A stretch of 64,000 bases of DNA, taken from positions 1,797 to 65,796 of the forward strand of contig JAYFRN010000030.1 in the NCBI GenBank assembly GCA_034925865.1, written 5' to 3'. Within the stretch, counting starts at the first letter, position 1. Each line of letters opens with the position of its first letter. The position numbers and the translations under genes are program-made. Below are positions 45,003 through 53,236 of this stretch, piece by piece. Below the pieces are notes generated by a model that was given only the letters and a program-made list of their open reading frames with translations, searched no databases and was not told where the DNA came from. The DNA comes from Oscillospiraceae bacterium (GTDB taxonomy: Bacteria > Bacillota > Clostridia > Oscillospirales > SIG627).

Positions 45003-46766
45003 ATGACAAATATACCCAGATCGGAACATCCCCGTCCGCAATTTTACCGTCTGGAATTTGAAAATCTGAACGGCGAGTGGGATTTTGAATTCGATTTCAG
45101 CAATTCAGGAGAACAGCGCGGAATGTTTAATCCCGACTGTCATTATTCCAAAAAGATCATAGTGCCGTTTTGTCCGGAATCGGAGCTGTCGGGAATTGGA
45201 TACAAGGATTTTATGGACGCGGTTTGGTATAGACGCGTGTTCACACTTAAGAAGGAACAGCTAAAAGGCAGGGTAATGCTGCATTTCGGCGCAGTCGATT
45301 ACGAAGCAACTACGGCAGTCAACGGTCATGTTATAGGCACGCATCGAGGCGGATATTCATCTTTTGAATACGATATTACCGCTTTTGTACGAGAAGGAGA
45401 GAATGTCATCACCCTCCGTGCCCGCGACGATACGCGCAGCGGAGCTCAGCCTTCCGGAAAACAAAGCCAAAGCTTCCGTTCCGCCGGCTGCTCGTATACT
45501 CGCACGACTGGGATATGGCAGACTGTATGGCTTGAATTCGTCCCAAAATATTACATAAAACGCGTGGATATAACAACCGATTATAAAAACGGAGCCGTTT
45601 ATTTTGAAGCAATAACAGCTGGAACGGAGCAAGAAGCTTCGGTATCCGCCGAGATATTCTATAATGGCGAATCCGTAACGAAAACTGAGACCGCGCTTTC
45701 ATACGGAGCCAATCTGTTATGCGCCCGCATCGATTCACCGAAGCTCTGGGAGCCGGGGAAGCCAGAGCTTTATGATGTGAAATACACGATGAAAGCATCG
45801 GGAAAGATATGCGACGAAATAACCTCATATTTCGGATTCCGGACGGTGTCAGTAAAAAACGGCGCCTTGAATATTAACGATAAAAAGGTCTTCATGCGCA
45901 CCGTGCTCGACCAGGGATTTTATCCCGACGGCATATACACCGCGCCGACCGATGACGCGCTCAGACACGATATAGAGCTTTCCATGTCGCTCGGTTTCAA
46001 CGGAGCGCGACTGCATGAAAAAATATTTGAGGAAAGATTTCTCTATTGGGCGGACAAGCTCGGATATATAGTATGGGGAGAACACGCAAACTGGGGCTTT
46101 GATCTCTCATATCCGGAGAATATCAAATATTTTCTCTCTGAATGGACTGAGGCGCTTGAACGGGATTATAACCACCCTTCAATAATTGGCTGGTGTCCTT
46201 TCAACGAAACATGGGATAACAATCACAGAGCCCAGGACAAGGAGATGATTTCGCTCGTATATCATCAGACGCGCGCGATTGATAAAACGCGTCCGGTAAT
46301 CGATGTAAGCGGCGGATATCATACCGAGGATACGGATTTTTACGATATTCACGATTATGAGCAAAGAATTGATGTTTGGGCTGAAAGATACGGAAGGATA
46401 GAGCCCGGTAAAATATATGATCCGCTTGCTTCCCGTCAGTATTCCTGCGGCCAGCCGTATTGGATAAGCGAATACGGCGGAACCTGGTGGGCGCCCGGAA
46501 GAAAGGACGGATGGGGATACGGCAACGCGCCAAAATCCGAAGAGGAGCTGGCTGAAAGGTATTACGGTCTTACCACGACGCTCTTAAAGCAAGAAAACAT
46601 CTGCGGCTTTTGTTATACTCAGCTCACCGATGTCGAGCAGGAGCAGAACGGGCTTTACTCTTACGACAGAAAACCCAAATTTTCTGACGAAACATATAAG
46701 AAGATCCGTGAGGCGAATACTTATCCCGCTGAGCTTGAAAAGAAACAAGACAGCACTGAAAAATAA
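45003..46766 (+). CDS. Glycoside hydrolase family 2
   Basis: About 587 aa with the sugar-binding-domain motif NGHVIGTHRGGYSSFEYDIT and a TIM-barrel region containing NHPSIIGWCPFNE. Start at ATG 45003 (GAGGAG upstream), 31 nt after the MtaA-like gene. Confidence 0.85.
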   Translation: MTNIPRSEHPRPQFYRLEFENLNGEWDFEFDFSNSGEQRGMFNPDCHYSKKIIVPFCPESELSGIGYKDFMDAVWYRRVFTLKKEQLKGRVMLHFGAVDYEATTAVNGHVIGTHRGGYSSFEYDITAFVREGENVITLRARDDTRSGAQPSGKQSQSFRSAGCSYTRTTGIWQTVWLEFVPKYYIKRVDITTDYKNGAVYFEAITAGTEQEASVSAEIFYNGESVTKTETALSYGANLLCARIDSPKLWEPGKPELYDVKYTMKASGKICDEITSYFGFRTVSVKNGALNINDKKVFMRTVLDQGFYPDGIYTAPTDDALRHDIELSMSLGFNGARLHEKIFEERFLYWADKLGYIVWGEHANWGFDLSYPENIKYFLSEWTEALERDYNHPSIIGWCPFNETWDNNHRAQDKEMISLVYHQTRAIDKTRPVIDVSGGYHTEDTDFYDIHDYEQRIDVWAERYGRIEPGKIYDPLASRQYSCGQPYWISEYGGTWWAPGRKDGWGYGNAPKSEEELAERYYGLTTTLLKQENICGFCYTQLTDVEQEQNGLYSYDRKPKFSDETYKKIREANTYPAELEKKQDSTEK

Positions 46767-46803
46767 GAGGCAAATATATGCGGCAAAGAAACGCGGCAAA
46801 GAA

Positions 46804-46838
46804 ACGCGGCTTCTTTGAGAAGAAGCCTGGCAAGAAAC
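46804..46838 (+). repeat. Family-1 dispersed hairpin core, copy 4
   Basis: ACGCGGCTTCTTTGAGAAGAAGCCTGGCAAGAAAC, preceded by a direct duplication GCGGCAAAGAAAC x2. Lies 38 nt after the GH2 stop. Confidence 0.85.
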
Positions 46839-46969
46839 TTCATATTTATGTTCAAAGAAATTTGCTTGATTATAAATAATTTTGTAATGAATATAACCGA
46901 AAGCTTTTTCAGATCTGTTTTCTAAAAGTGACCACATAACGCAATAAGTAATAAATTGTAATTAAAATG

Positions 46970-47007
46970 GCTGCCGCGGAGCATTGCTTCGCGGCAGCTT
47001 TCTTTTC
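46970..47007. terminator. Bidirectional terminator between GH2 and sodA
   Basis: GCTGCCGCG-GAGCATTGCTT-CGCGGCAGC followed by TTTCTTTTC on the + strand, with an A-rich run before the stem. Confidence 0.8.
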
Positions 47008-47019
47008 GTAAAATATATT

Positions 47020-47649
47020 TTATATACAATTTCTATAATTACGCTCCGCCTGATTCCAGTTGATCACATTGAACCAGTCTTTGATATAATCCGCGCGGAC
47101 ATTGTAATGCTTCAAATAATATGCATGCTCCCATACATCTATTGCAAGTATTGGGCAAAGTTTGTTCTGAACGGGAGAATTTTGATTAGGCGTTGTGACG
47201 ATTTTAAGTACTCCGCGATCTGAAACCAGCCAGGCATAACCTGAACCGAAAACCGACATAGCTGCTTTTGTAAACGCATCCATGAATTTATTATAGCTGC
47301 CAAAGCTTTTATCAATTGCTTCGGCCAGCTTGCCGTATGGCTTTTCTTCAGACGTTTTTTTGAGCAGGTTAAAATAAAAGCGATGATTGTAAACGCCGCC
47401 CGCGTTGTTCCGCACCGCGTTTTGGAGTTCCTTTGGCAAGCGTGACGCGTTCATAATCAGCTGCTCAAGCGACAGCTTCTGCAGATAAGGATTGCCGATA
47501 AGCGCGGCGTTAAGATTGTTTATATAGGTTTGCAGATGCTTGTCGTGATGAAGCATCATGGTTTTTTCGTCTATGTATGGTTCGAGCGAGCCGTATTCAT
47601 ACGGCAGCGGTAAATTTATAAAAGGATAATACTCGTTTTCCACAGGCAC
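47020..47649 (-). CDS. sodA: Fe/Mn superoxide dismutase
   Basis: 209 aa with HHDKHLQTY and DVWEHAYYLKHYN motifs. Confidence 0.93.
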   Translation of the reverse strand: MPVENEYYPFINLPLPYEYGSLEPYIDEKTMMLHHDKHLQTYINNLNAALIGNPYLQKLSLEQLIMNASRLPKELQNAVRNNAGGVYNHRFYFNLLKKTSEEKPYGKLAEAIDKSFGSYNKFMDAFTKAAMSVFGSGYAWLVSDRGVLKIVTTPNQNSPVQNKLCPILAIDVWEHAYYLKHYNVRADYIKDWFNVINWNQAERNYRNCI

Positions 47650-47794
47650 ACCTCACATTATTGTTTTTATATAAGGATATGCAGGAGCTTTCCGTTGTAT
47701 TCGTTTAATACTTTATGAATAAAAATCAAGGCTTCGTATAAAATAAAGCTGTAAGAATTAAATATATATAAAAATAAAGGATAAGGTGATTTAT

Positions 47795-48331
47795 ATGCCA
47801 TTGTGGATAACCATAATCTTTGCAATAATTTCCGCATTAACCATTTTTGCTGTTGTGGGAGTATATAAGAGAGGCGAAAAGCCATATGCGGAATCGGCTC
47901 TTTCATCTTATGTTTTTTATTTGATTGCTTTTATTGCCATATGGATATTTGATTTACCGGTTCCGACATTTATCATTGTTCTTACGATGCTCACGGTGTT
48001 TATAAGCGGATTTTTCGGGCATTACCTGGGGTGGTATATAAAATCAAAGGTATTTGACCGGTATCTGCATGCATTCGGATCATTTTCTTTTGCGTTGCTT
48101 GCGTATTTTATGGTCACTGGAATAATTACGACCGGTGAATCAAAAATATTTCAAGCTTTATTCGTGTTTACCGCGGGGATGACGCTCGGATCTGTATTTG
48201 AATTGTCCGAGGCGTCACATGACAGAGGCAATGTATTGAAAAACCAAAAGGGATTAAAGGACACAAACATGGATATGCTTTGCGATCTTTTGGGCTCCTT
48301 TGCTGCGGGGGTGTTTTATTTCTTTTTATGA
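47795..48331 (+). CDS. Hypothetical polytopic membrane protein
   Basis: About 178 aa with 5-6 hydrophobic helices. Weak resemblance to the YjdF/DUF2238 pattern (DRYLHAFGSFSF), which I could not verify. Confidence 0.55.
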   Translation: MPLWITIIFAIISALTIFAVVGVYKRGEKPYAESALSSYVFYLIAFIAIWIFDLPVPTFIIVLTMLTVFISGFFGHYLGWYIKSKVFDRYLHAFGSFSFALLAYFMVTGIITTGESKIFQALFVFTAGMTLGSVFELSEASHDRGNVLKNQKGLKDTNMDMLCDLLGSFAAGVFYFFL

Positions 48332-48430
48332 ATGCGGCTTGCAAGGCGGAAATGAAGGATGTGGAAATCATCGGCATTAGTTCATGCAGTAAGGATAAAA
48401 AGCTCATAAATTCGAAATAAATATTTAGTG

Positions 48431-48459
48431 TTGACAAAATCTATAATAAATAATATAAT
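48431..48459 (+). promoter_or_regulatory. Sigma-70-type promoter
   Basis: TTGACA (48431-48436), 17-nt spacer, TATAAT (48454-48459). Confidence 0.65.
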
Positions 48460-48512
48460 GAGGAAGTAAAGGAATATAATTCCTTATATGATTATTTTAT
48501 AAGATAGGTATT

Positions 48513-48707
48513 ATGAAAGTTTACGACAGATTTCATTTGTCCTTACGCTTATGTACTGGCGTTCTTTTCAGCATTTTAATAACATGTTTTGTTTTAAGCG
48601 GATGCGCCGATCCTACCGATCTGAAGGGACAAAATACCGATTCATTTCCTGCTGCCGGACAAACCAGCGAAAAAGTCATAGCCGAAAAAGGTGTATACAA
48701 GAATTAA
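48513..48707 (+). CDS. Small putative lipoprotein
   Basis: 64 aa with the lipobox VLSGC after a hydrophobic segment. Confidence 0.45.
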   Translation: MKVYDRFHLSLRLCTGVLFSILITCFVLSGCADPTDLKGQNTDSFPAAGQTSEKVIAEKGVYKN

Positions 48708-48864
48708 TTAATTACCATTTTAATAATTAATACATGTCAGAGGAAATGAAAAATTCTATAAGATTCTATGCTCGTATAATACATTGCTAACGGCGTAATG
48801 CCAGGATAAAGCGGCCATTCAAAAAAGACTGTTATTTAAGCTTGTATTAAAAAAATTAAAATAA

Positions 48865-48900
48865 AACCGCGCTGCGAGTGATCGTTGCGCGGTTCTTTTC
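48865..48900 (+). terminator. Rho-independent terminator
   Basis: AACCGCGC ... GCGCGGTT followed by CTTTTC. Confidence 0.6.
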
Positions 48901-49059
48901 GTAAACATTTTTCTCATAACAGCATATCATACTATTGACCGCCGCATGATTATCACATGCAACGGTATAAGCGCCGTTGCGCGTGCCGGTGCTTCGTTCA
49001 CGGGAGACAAACGAAGCACAACTAATATATTTTTAAGTCTCCCGGGAAAAGGAGCCTTT

Positions 49060-49950
49060 ATGATAGATAAAACTCGTGCCGCATCGGGTTGCGGTAACGA
49101 CAGGGACGCCGACGACGTTTTATGCAGAAATGACAGCGGAGCGTGCTGTATCGATACATATCGCATATACGATTCATGTCGCGCCCAGGAATGCATTGAA
49201 GATCTTCGGGTTTTCGTTACCGATGTAGGACAGGAGATCCTCAACAACGCAAACGCAGTCAGAGTAAAATCGTGCCGCATCCTTTGGACGCAGATATCGA
49301 CAGAAGAAATGGCGTTCAACCACGGATATTTTCAGATTGATATCAGATATTATTTCTATTTGGTTCTCGAATGCTGCCTGGGGTTTGGAAATGCACAGGA
49401 AATACAGGGACTTGCGATTTTCGACAAAACAGTCATTCTTTACGGCGGAGAGAGCAATATATCTATATTCCAATCTGATATTTACCAGCAATTCTGCACA
49501 GCTCCTGATTATGGAGTGAATGTTACAACGAATCTGCCGCGCGTAATTGTCGAAGCTGCAGATCCTGTGGCATTGAAGCTTGTTGTTGTAGACGGATTAA
49601 ATAATCCATATGGTACATGCCCGGTAAACCTTGAATCGATTCCGGCTTCCGTATGTTCCTGCTTCAACGGCAGCTTCTGTTCAAAATGCGAACCGCATAA
49701 AAATGCGTATATCACACTCGGTATGTTTTCGGTTGTTAGAGTGGAGCGCCCGTCACAACTCGTTATACCGGCTTGCGATCTCTGTATACCTGAAAAAATC
49801 TGTGATGTAATATCCGAATACAGCGATCCGTGCACCCTCTTCCGTTCACTTAACTTCCCAATTTCGGATTTTTATCCCTCTACCAATGCAACGCCTGCGA
49901 ACGCGCAGACACTTTGTTCTTCACGCGTTACAGCCGAAATGAAAAAATAA
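49060..49950 (+). CDS. Cysteine-rich hypothetical protein
   Basis: 296 aa from ATG 49060 (AAGGAG upstream), with 20 Cys residues. N-terminal motif CCIDTYRIYDSCRAQECIEDLRV. No signal peptide or TM segment. Confidence 0.65.
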   Translation: MIDKTRAASGCGNDRDADDVLCRNDSGACCIDTYRIYDSCRAQECIEDLRVFVTDVGQEILNNANAVRVKSCRILWTQISTEEMAFNHGYFQIDIRYYFYLVLECCLGFGNAQEIQGLAIFDKTVILYGGESNISIFQSDIYQQFCTAPDYGVNVTTNLPRVIVEAADPVALKLVVVDGLNNPYGTCPVNLESIPASVCSCFNGSFCSKCEPHKNAYITLGMFSVVRVERPSQLVIPACDLCIPEKICDVISEYSDPCTLFRSLNFPISDFYPSTNATPANAQTLCSSRVTAEMKK

Positions 49951-49980
49951 AGAATTCTTTTAATCGATGATTTCTGCTTC

Positions 49981-50014
49981 GCCGCCGGCCGCCACTTAAC
50001 CGGCGGCTTTTTTT
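49981..50014 (+). terminator. Rho-independent terminator
   Basis: GCCGCCGG-CCGCCACTTAA-CCGGCGGC followed by TTTTTTT. Confidence 0.9.
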
Positions 50015-50249
50015 GCTTGTGAAAGGTTAATAAACCGGTTTTATATCCGATAACTCGACCGTAAAACTATATATTAATGTATCCGACATTTATGAGAATA
50101 CTTTGTAAATTATAAGAATTTTTTTTGATATATGTCATTTATTATAATAAAATGAAAAAAGTTGAAACTTACTATTGATATTTTATGATATTATGTGTAT
50201 AATTGGTACATATTTTATTCATGATTCATTAATGGAGGAAAGCTATCTT

Positions 50250-51644
50250 ATGGACAAATTCTTTAAGATTTCCGAACACGGTTCGAATTACCGAAGAGAA
50301 ATCATCGGCGGGCTTACCACTTTCTTCGCAATGGCTTACATAATATTTGTCAACCCGAGCCAGCTTTGCAACGATTTCGCGGCAAGTATTTCGGGCGCGA
50401 TGGATGCGAGTTATGCTGCCGGCGTTATGGTGGCGACTTGTATTGCCTCTGCTCTGGGCTGTTTTCTTACCGCGTTCTTAGCCAATGTTCCGTTTGCTCA
50501 GGCACCCGGTATGGGGCTTAACGCATTCTTCACCTGGACATGTTGCGTTGTTATGGGATATACATGGCAGCAGGCATTGACAATCGTTCTTATTTCCGGC
50601 ATTCTTTTTCTCATCATCTCGGTTTCTCCTCTTCGCAGCAAAATTATCGCGTCGATTCCCGCCGGACTTAAATCGGCCATTGGCGCAGGAATCGGGCTTT
50701 TCATCGCCTTTATCGGACTCATTAATTCCGGAAAGGGTATAATAAAGCTTGATGGCGATCTCCATATCACCGGGCTCAATTTCAAGCTTAATGTTCTTGA
50801 TGAAGCGGGAAATGTTACCGGCTCAGTATGGAACAAAGCGGCTCTTCTCACTATAATGGGCGTAATTATCATTGCCGCTCTTATGGCATGGAAGGTAAAG
50901 GGCGCAATATTCATCGGAATTATCGCTACTACGGTTATTGCCCTCCCGCTCGGCGTTACGTCTCTCCCGACGGCTGATTCATTCAACTTTAATGCCATAG
51001 GCGATATAAGCAAGGTTGCTTTCAAATTCGATTTCGCTGGGCTTTTCGGGCATGGAGTGCTTTCATTGATTACCGCCATAATCAGCTTCCTTGTAGTTGA
51101 TATGTTTGACACAGTAGGAACGCTTATCGGCACTGCGGGCAACGCTGGAATGCTTGATAAGAATGGCAATCTCCCGGGAGGCGACAGAGCGCTCATCGCT
51201 GATGCTGCCGCAACCTGCGTCGGGGCCTGCCTCGGTACATCCACCGTTACCACCTATGTGGAATCCTCCGCCGGTATATCCGAAGGCGCAAGAACGGGGC
51301 TTTCATCCGTGATTGTCGGAGTTCTGTTCCTTCTCGGTATATTCCTTTATCCGATTGCCGGTATTATTCCCGGCGCGGCAACTGCTCCGGCACTTATCAT
51401 TGTCGGCGTTCTTATGCTCAAGAGTGCGGCAAAGGTCGATTGGGGCGATATTGAAATAGCGATTCCGGCTTTCCTGACGATTGCTATCATGCCTTTTGCA
51501 TACAGCATTTCGGACGGTATCGGATTCGGCTTTATTTCATATACAATAATTAAGATGGTTCGCGGAAAATTCAAGGAAATACCTGTTCTTATGTATATTC
51601 TTTCCGTTATCTTTATCGCGATGTATATTCTTAAAAATCTATAA
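50250..51644 (+). CDS. NCS2-family purine (adenine/guanine/hypoxanthine) permease, AzgA/PbuG-like
   Basis: About 464 aa from ATG 50250 (GGAGG upstream). N-terminus MDKFFKISEHGSNYRREIIGGLTTFFAMAYIIFVNP is typical of the family; 12-13 TM segments. Confidence 0.88.
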   Translation: MDKFFKISEHGSNYRREIIGGLTTFFAMAYIIFVNPSQLCNDFAASISGAMDASYAAGVMVATCIASALGCFLTAFLANVPFAQAPGMGLNAFFTWTCCVVMGYTWQQALTIVLISGILFLIISVSPLRSKIIASIPAGLKSAIGAGIGLFIAFIGLINSGKGIIKLDGDLHITGLNFKLNVLDEAGNVTGSVWNKAALLTIMGVIIIAALMAWKVKGAIFIGIIATTVIALPLGVTSLPTADSFNFNAIGDISKVAFKFDFAGLFGHGVLSLITAIISFLVVDMFDTVGTLIGTAGNAGMLDKNGNLPGGDRALIADAAATCVGACLGTSTVTTYVESSAGISEGARTGLSSVIVGVLFLLGIFLYPIAGIIPGAATAPALIIVGVLMLKSAAKVDWGDIEIAIPAFLTIAIMPFAYSISDGIGFGFISYTIIKMVRGKFKEIPVLMYILSVIFIAMYILKNL

Positions 51645-51677
51645 ATAGCGTCTTCGACACAGATACAAGTAATAAAG

Positions 51678-51710
51678 GGGAGATTGCTTTACGCAATCTC
51701 CCTGTTTGTA
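51678..51710. terminator. Bidirectional terminator between the permease and rubrerythrin
   Basis: GGGAGATTGC-TTTAC-GCAATCTCCC followed by TGTTTGT on the + strand. An A-rich run before the stem gives CTTTATT on the minus strand. Confidence 0.75.
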
Positions 51711-51716
51711 TTAATT

Positions 51717-51940
51717 AGAGATATCAGTAATTCTCTTTGCGGACTTCAAAGAAACTTTGTGGATGTGAAACATCCACACCAGAAGCAGATATCAGTAAAT
51801 AAAGAGATATCAGTAATTCTCTTTACGAACTTCAAAGTAACTCTGTGGATGTAAAACATCCACGCCTAAAGCAGATATCAGTAAATAAAGAGATATCAGT
51901 AATTCTCTTTACGAACTTCAAAGTAACTCTGTGGATGTTT
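51717..51940 (-). repeat. 86-bp tandem repeat made from the rubrerythrin 3' end (2 extra copies plus the gene end)
   Basis: Units start at 51717, 51803 and 51889. 46 nt of each unit equals the last 13 codons plus the stop of rbr. The middle copy is identical to the gene over those 46 nt; the distal copy has 5 substitutions. Confidence 0.95.
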
Positions 51941-52429
51941 GCATACCGGGCATACCTCAGGCGCTTTTTTGCCCATTACGAGATGCCCGCAGTTGCGGCA
52001 TTCCCACATCGTTTCTCCTGATTTTTCAAAAACAGCTTTCATCTGTATATTGTTAAGTAAAGCGCGGTAACGCTCTTCATGGGATTTTTCAATTTTAGCG
52101 ACTCCGCGGAACTGAGCGGCAAGAGCCTTGAAGCCTTCTTCTTCGGCATCCCTCGCAAAGCCTTCGTACATATCGGTCCATTCATAGTTTTCGCCTTCGG
52201 CAGCGGCGGCAAGATTTGCGGCCGTATCGCCAATCCCGTCCAGCGCTTTTAACCAGAGTTTTGCATGTTCTTTTTCGTTATTGGCAGTAGCTTCAAAAAT
52301 TGCCGCTATCTGTTCATAGCCTTCTTTTCTTGCTGCGGAAGCAAAATAAGTATATTTGTTGCGAGCCTGCGATTCGCCGGCAAAAGCGGCGGCGAGGTTT
52401 TTTTCTGTTTTTGATCCTTTGAGTTCCAT
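51896..52429 (-). CDS. rbr: Rubrerythrin
   Basis: Start at [26 protein letters not shown] (AAAGGAG 8 nt upstream). Diiron ferritin-like domain plus C-terminal rubredoxin motifs CRNCGH and CPVCKHP. Confidence 0.93.
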   Translation of the reverse strand: MELKGSKTEKNLAAAFAGESQARNKYTYFASAARKEGYEQIAAIFEATANNEKEHAKLWLKALDGIGDTAANLAAAAEGENYEWTDMYEGFARDAEEEGFKALAAQFRGVAKIEKSHEERYRALLNNIQMKAVFEKSGETMWECRNCGHLVMGKKAPEVCPVCKHPQSYFEVRKENY

Positions 52430-52465
52430 AATATTTCTCCTTTTATGTTTTATAGGCAACATTAT

Positions 52466-52861
52466 TTATTGATTTTTTCTTGCTCCGGCACAATTTGGGC
52501 ACCGTCCGAAAAAGATCATTTCATATCCTGTCACATCATATCCGGCGGGATATTTCTCCGGAATTGACAGCTCGTTCGCACATATTATATTAAAGTCCGA
52601 TACTTTCCCGCAGCAAACACATTTAAAATGGAAATGCGGAGACACATTGCGGTCGAATATATCAGGGCCGTGCACAACGGCAACCCGCAGGATATCCCCT
52701 TCGCCGGAAAGCAGCTTCAGATTCCGATATACGGTTGCTTTGCTGACATTAGGACATTTTGTTGACACCGCATTATAAACTTCATCTGCTGTGGGATGGT
52801 CGCACATTGATCTCACTGCTTCGAGTATCAGAACCTTTTGAATGGTTGTGCGCTTGTTCAT
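52466..52861 (-). CDS. Fur-family transcriptional regulator (PerR-like by context)
   Basis: 131 aa with a winged-helix N-terminus and metal sites HFHFKCVCCG and CPNC, immediately upstream of rbr. Confidence 0.85.
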   Translation of the reverse strand: MNKRTTIQKVLILEAVRSMCDHPTADEVYNAVSTKCPNVSKATVYRNLKLLSGEGDILRVAVVHGPDIFDRNVSPHFHFKCVCCGKVSDFNIICANELSIPEKYPAGYDVTGYEMIFFGRCPNCAGARKNQ

Positions 52862-52875
52862 GATAATATTTCCTT

Positions 52876-52926
52876 ATTGATATCAATTACTGATAACAGT
52901 ATATCACAGCTTTGATGCCTTGTCAA
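52876..52926 (-). promoter_or_regulatory. Promoter of the perR-like/rbr operon with operator-like palindromes
   Basis: On the minus strand: TTGACA (52926-52921), 17-nt spacer, TATACT (52903-52898). A perfect 12-bp palindrome ATTGATATCAAT (52876-52887) lies just downstream, and TGATA-N6-TATCA (52891-52906) overlaps the -10. Confidence 0.6.
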
Positions 52927-53136
52927 TACCTGAAACAGTAGATTCGCAGCTCATTCATAAAAATCTTAATTTCATAGTTCCCAAAGTAAGTTCCACGGCT
53001 GAATTTACAGTGGAAATATGATTGAAAAAATAACAGCGAAAATCAACTCCGCTGAATGTATGCTGCAGATTGTTGTCTTCGGTAACAATATACCGGTTAT
53101 GATTATTTTAAATTTATAGATTTTTTAAAATTGCTA

Positions 53137-53165
53137 TTGCATTATGTTTTAGAATGTGTTACAAT
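53137..53165 (+). promoter_or_regulatory. Promoter of the rimP-nusA-infB operon
   Basis: TTGCAT (53137-53142), 17-nt spacer, TGT-TACAAT (extended -10; TACAAT at 53160-53165). Confidence 0.6.
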
Positions 53166-53190
53166 GATACAAACGAATATGATGAAATTA

Positions 53191-53215
53191 AAAGAGTGGT
53201 TCGCCACTCTTTTTT
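53191..53215 (+). terminator. Intrinsic terminator/attenuator in the rimP leader
   Basis: AAAGAGTGG-TTCG-CCACTCTTT followed by TTTTT, located between the promoter and the rimP start (53237). Confidence 0.7.
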
Positions 53216-53236
53216 GTGGTATTAAGGAAGCTTAAG

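Noticed and set aside
46630-46818. A 62-aa ORF ending in ..TRLL* within family-1 copy 4.
   Set aside because: It overlaps the GH2 3' end in another frame and has no RBS. The shared RLL* ending is imposed by the repeat sequence.
47020-47649. Superoxide dismutase together with rubrerythrin/PerR in an apparently anaerobic gene set as an anomaly.
   Set aside because: Fe/Mn SODs are common in aerotolerant anaerobes, and the gene looks native with ordinary signals.
49951-50249. Purine riboswitch upstream of the NCS2 purine permease.
   Set aside because: I could not find the conserved purine-riboswitch core (the TATAAT..TATGGTTTGGGAGTTTCTACC..CCGTAAAT-type junction). The region is simply AT-rich promoter-like sequence.
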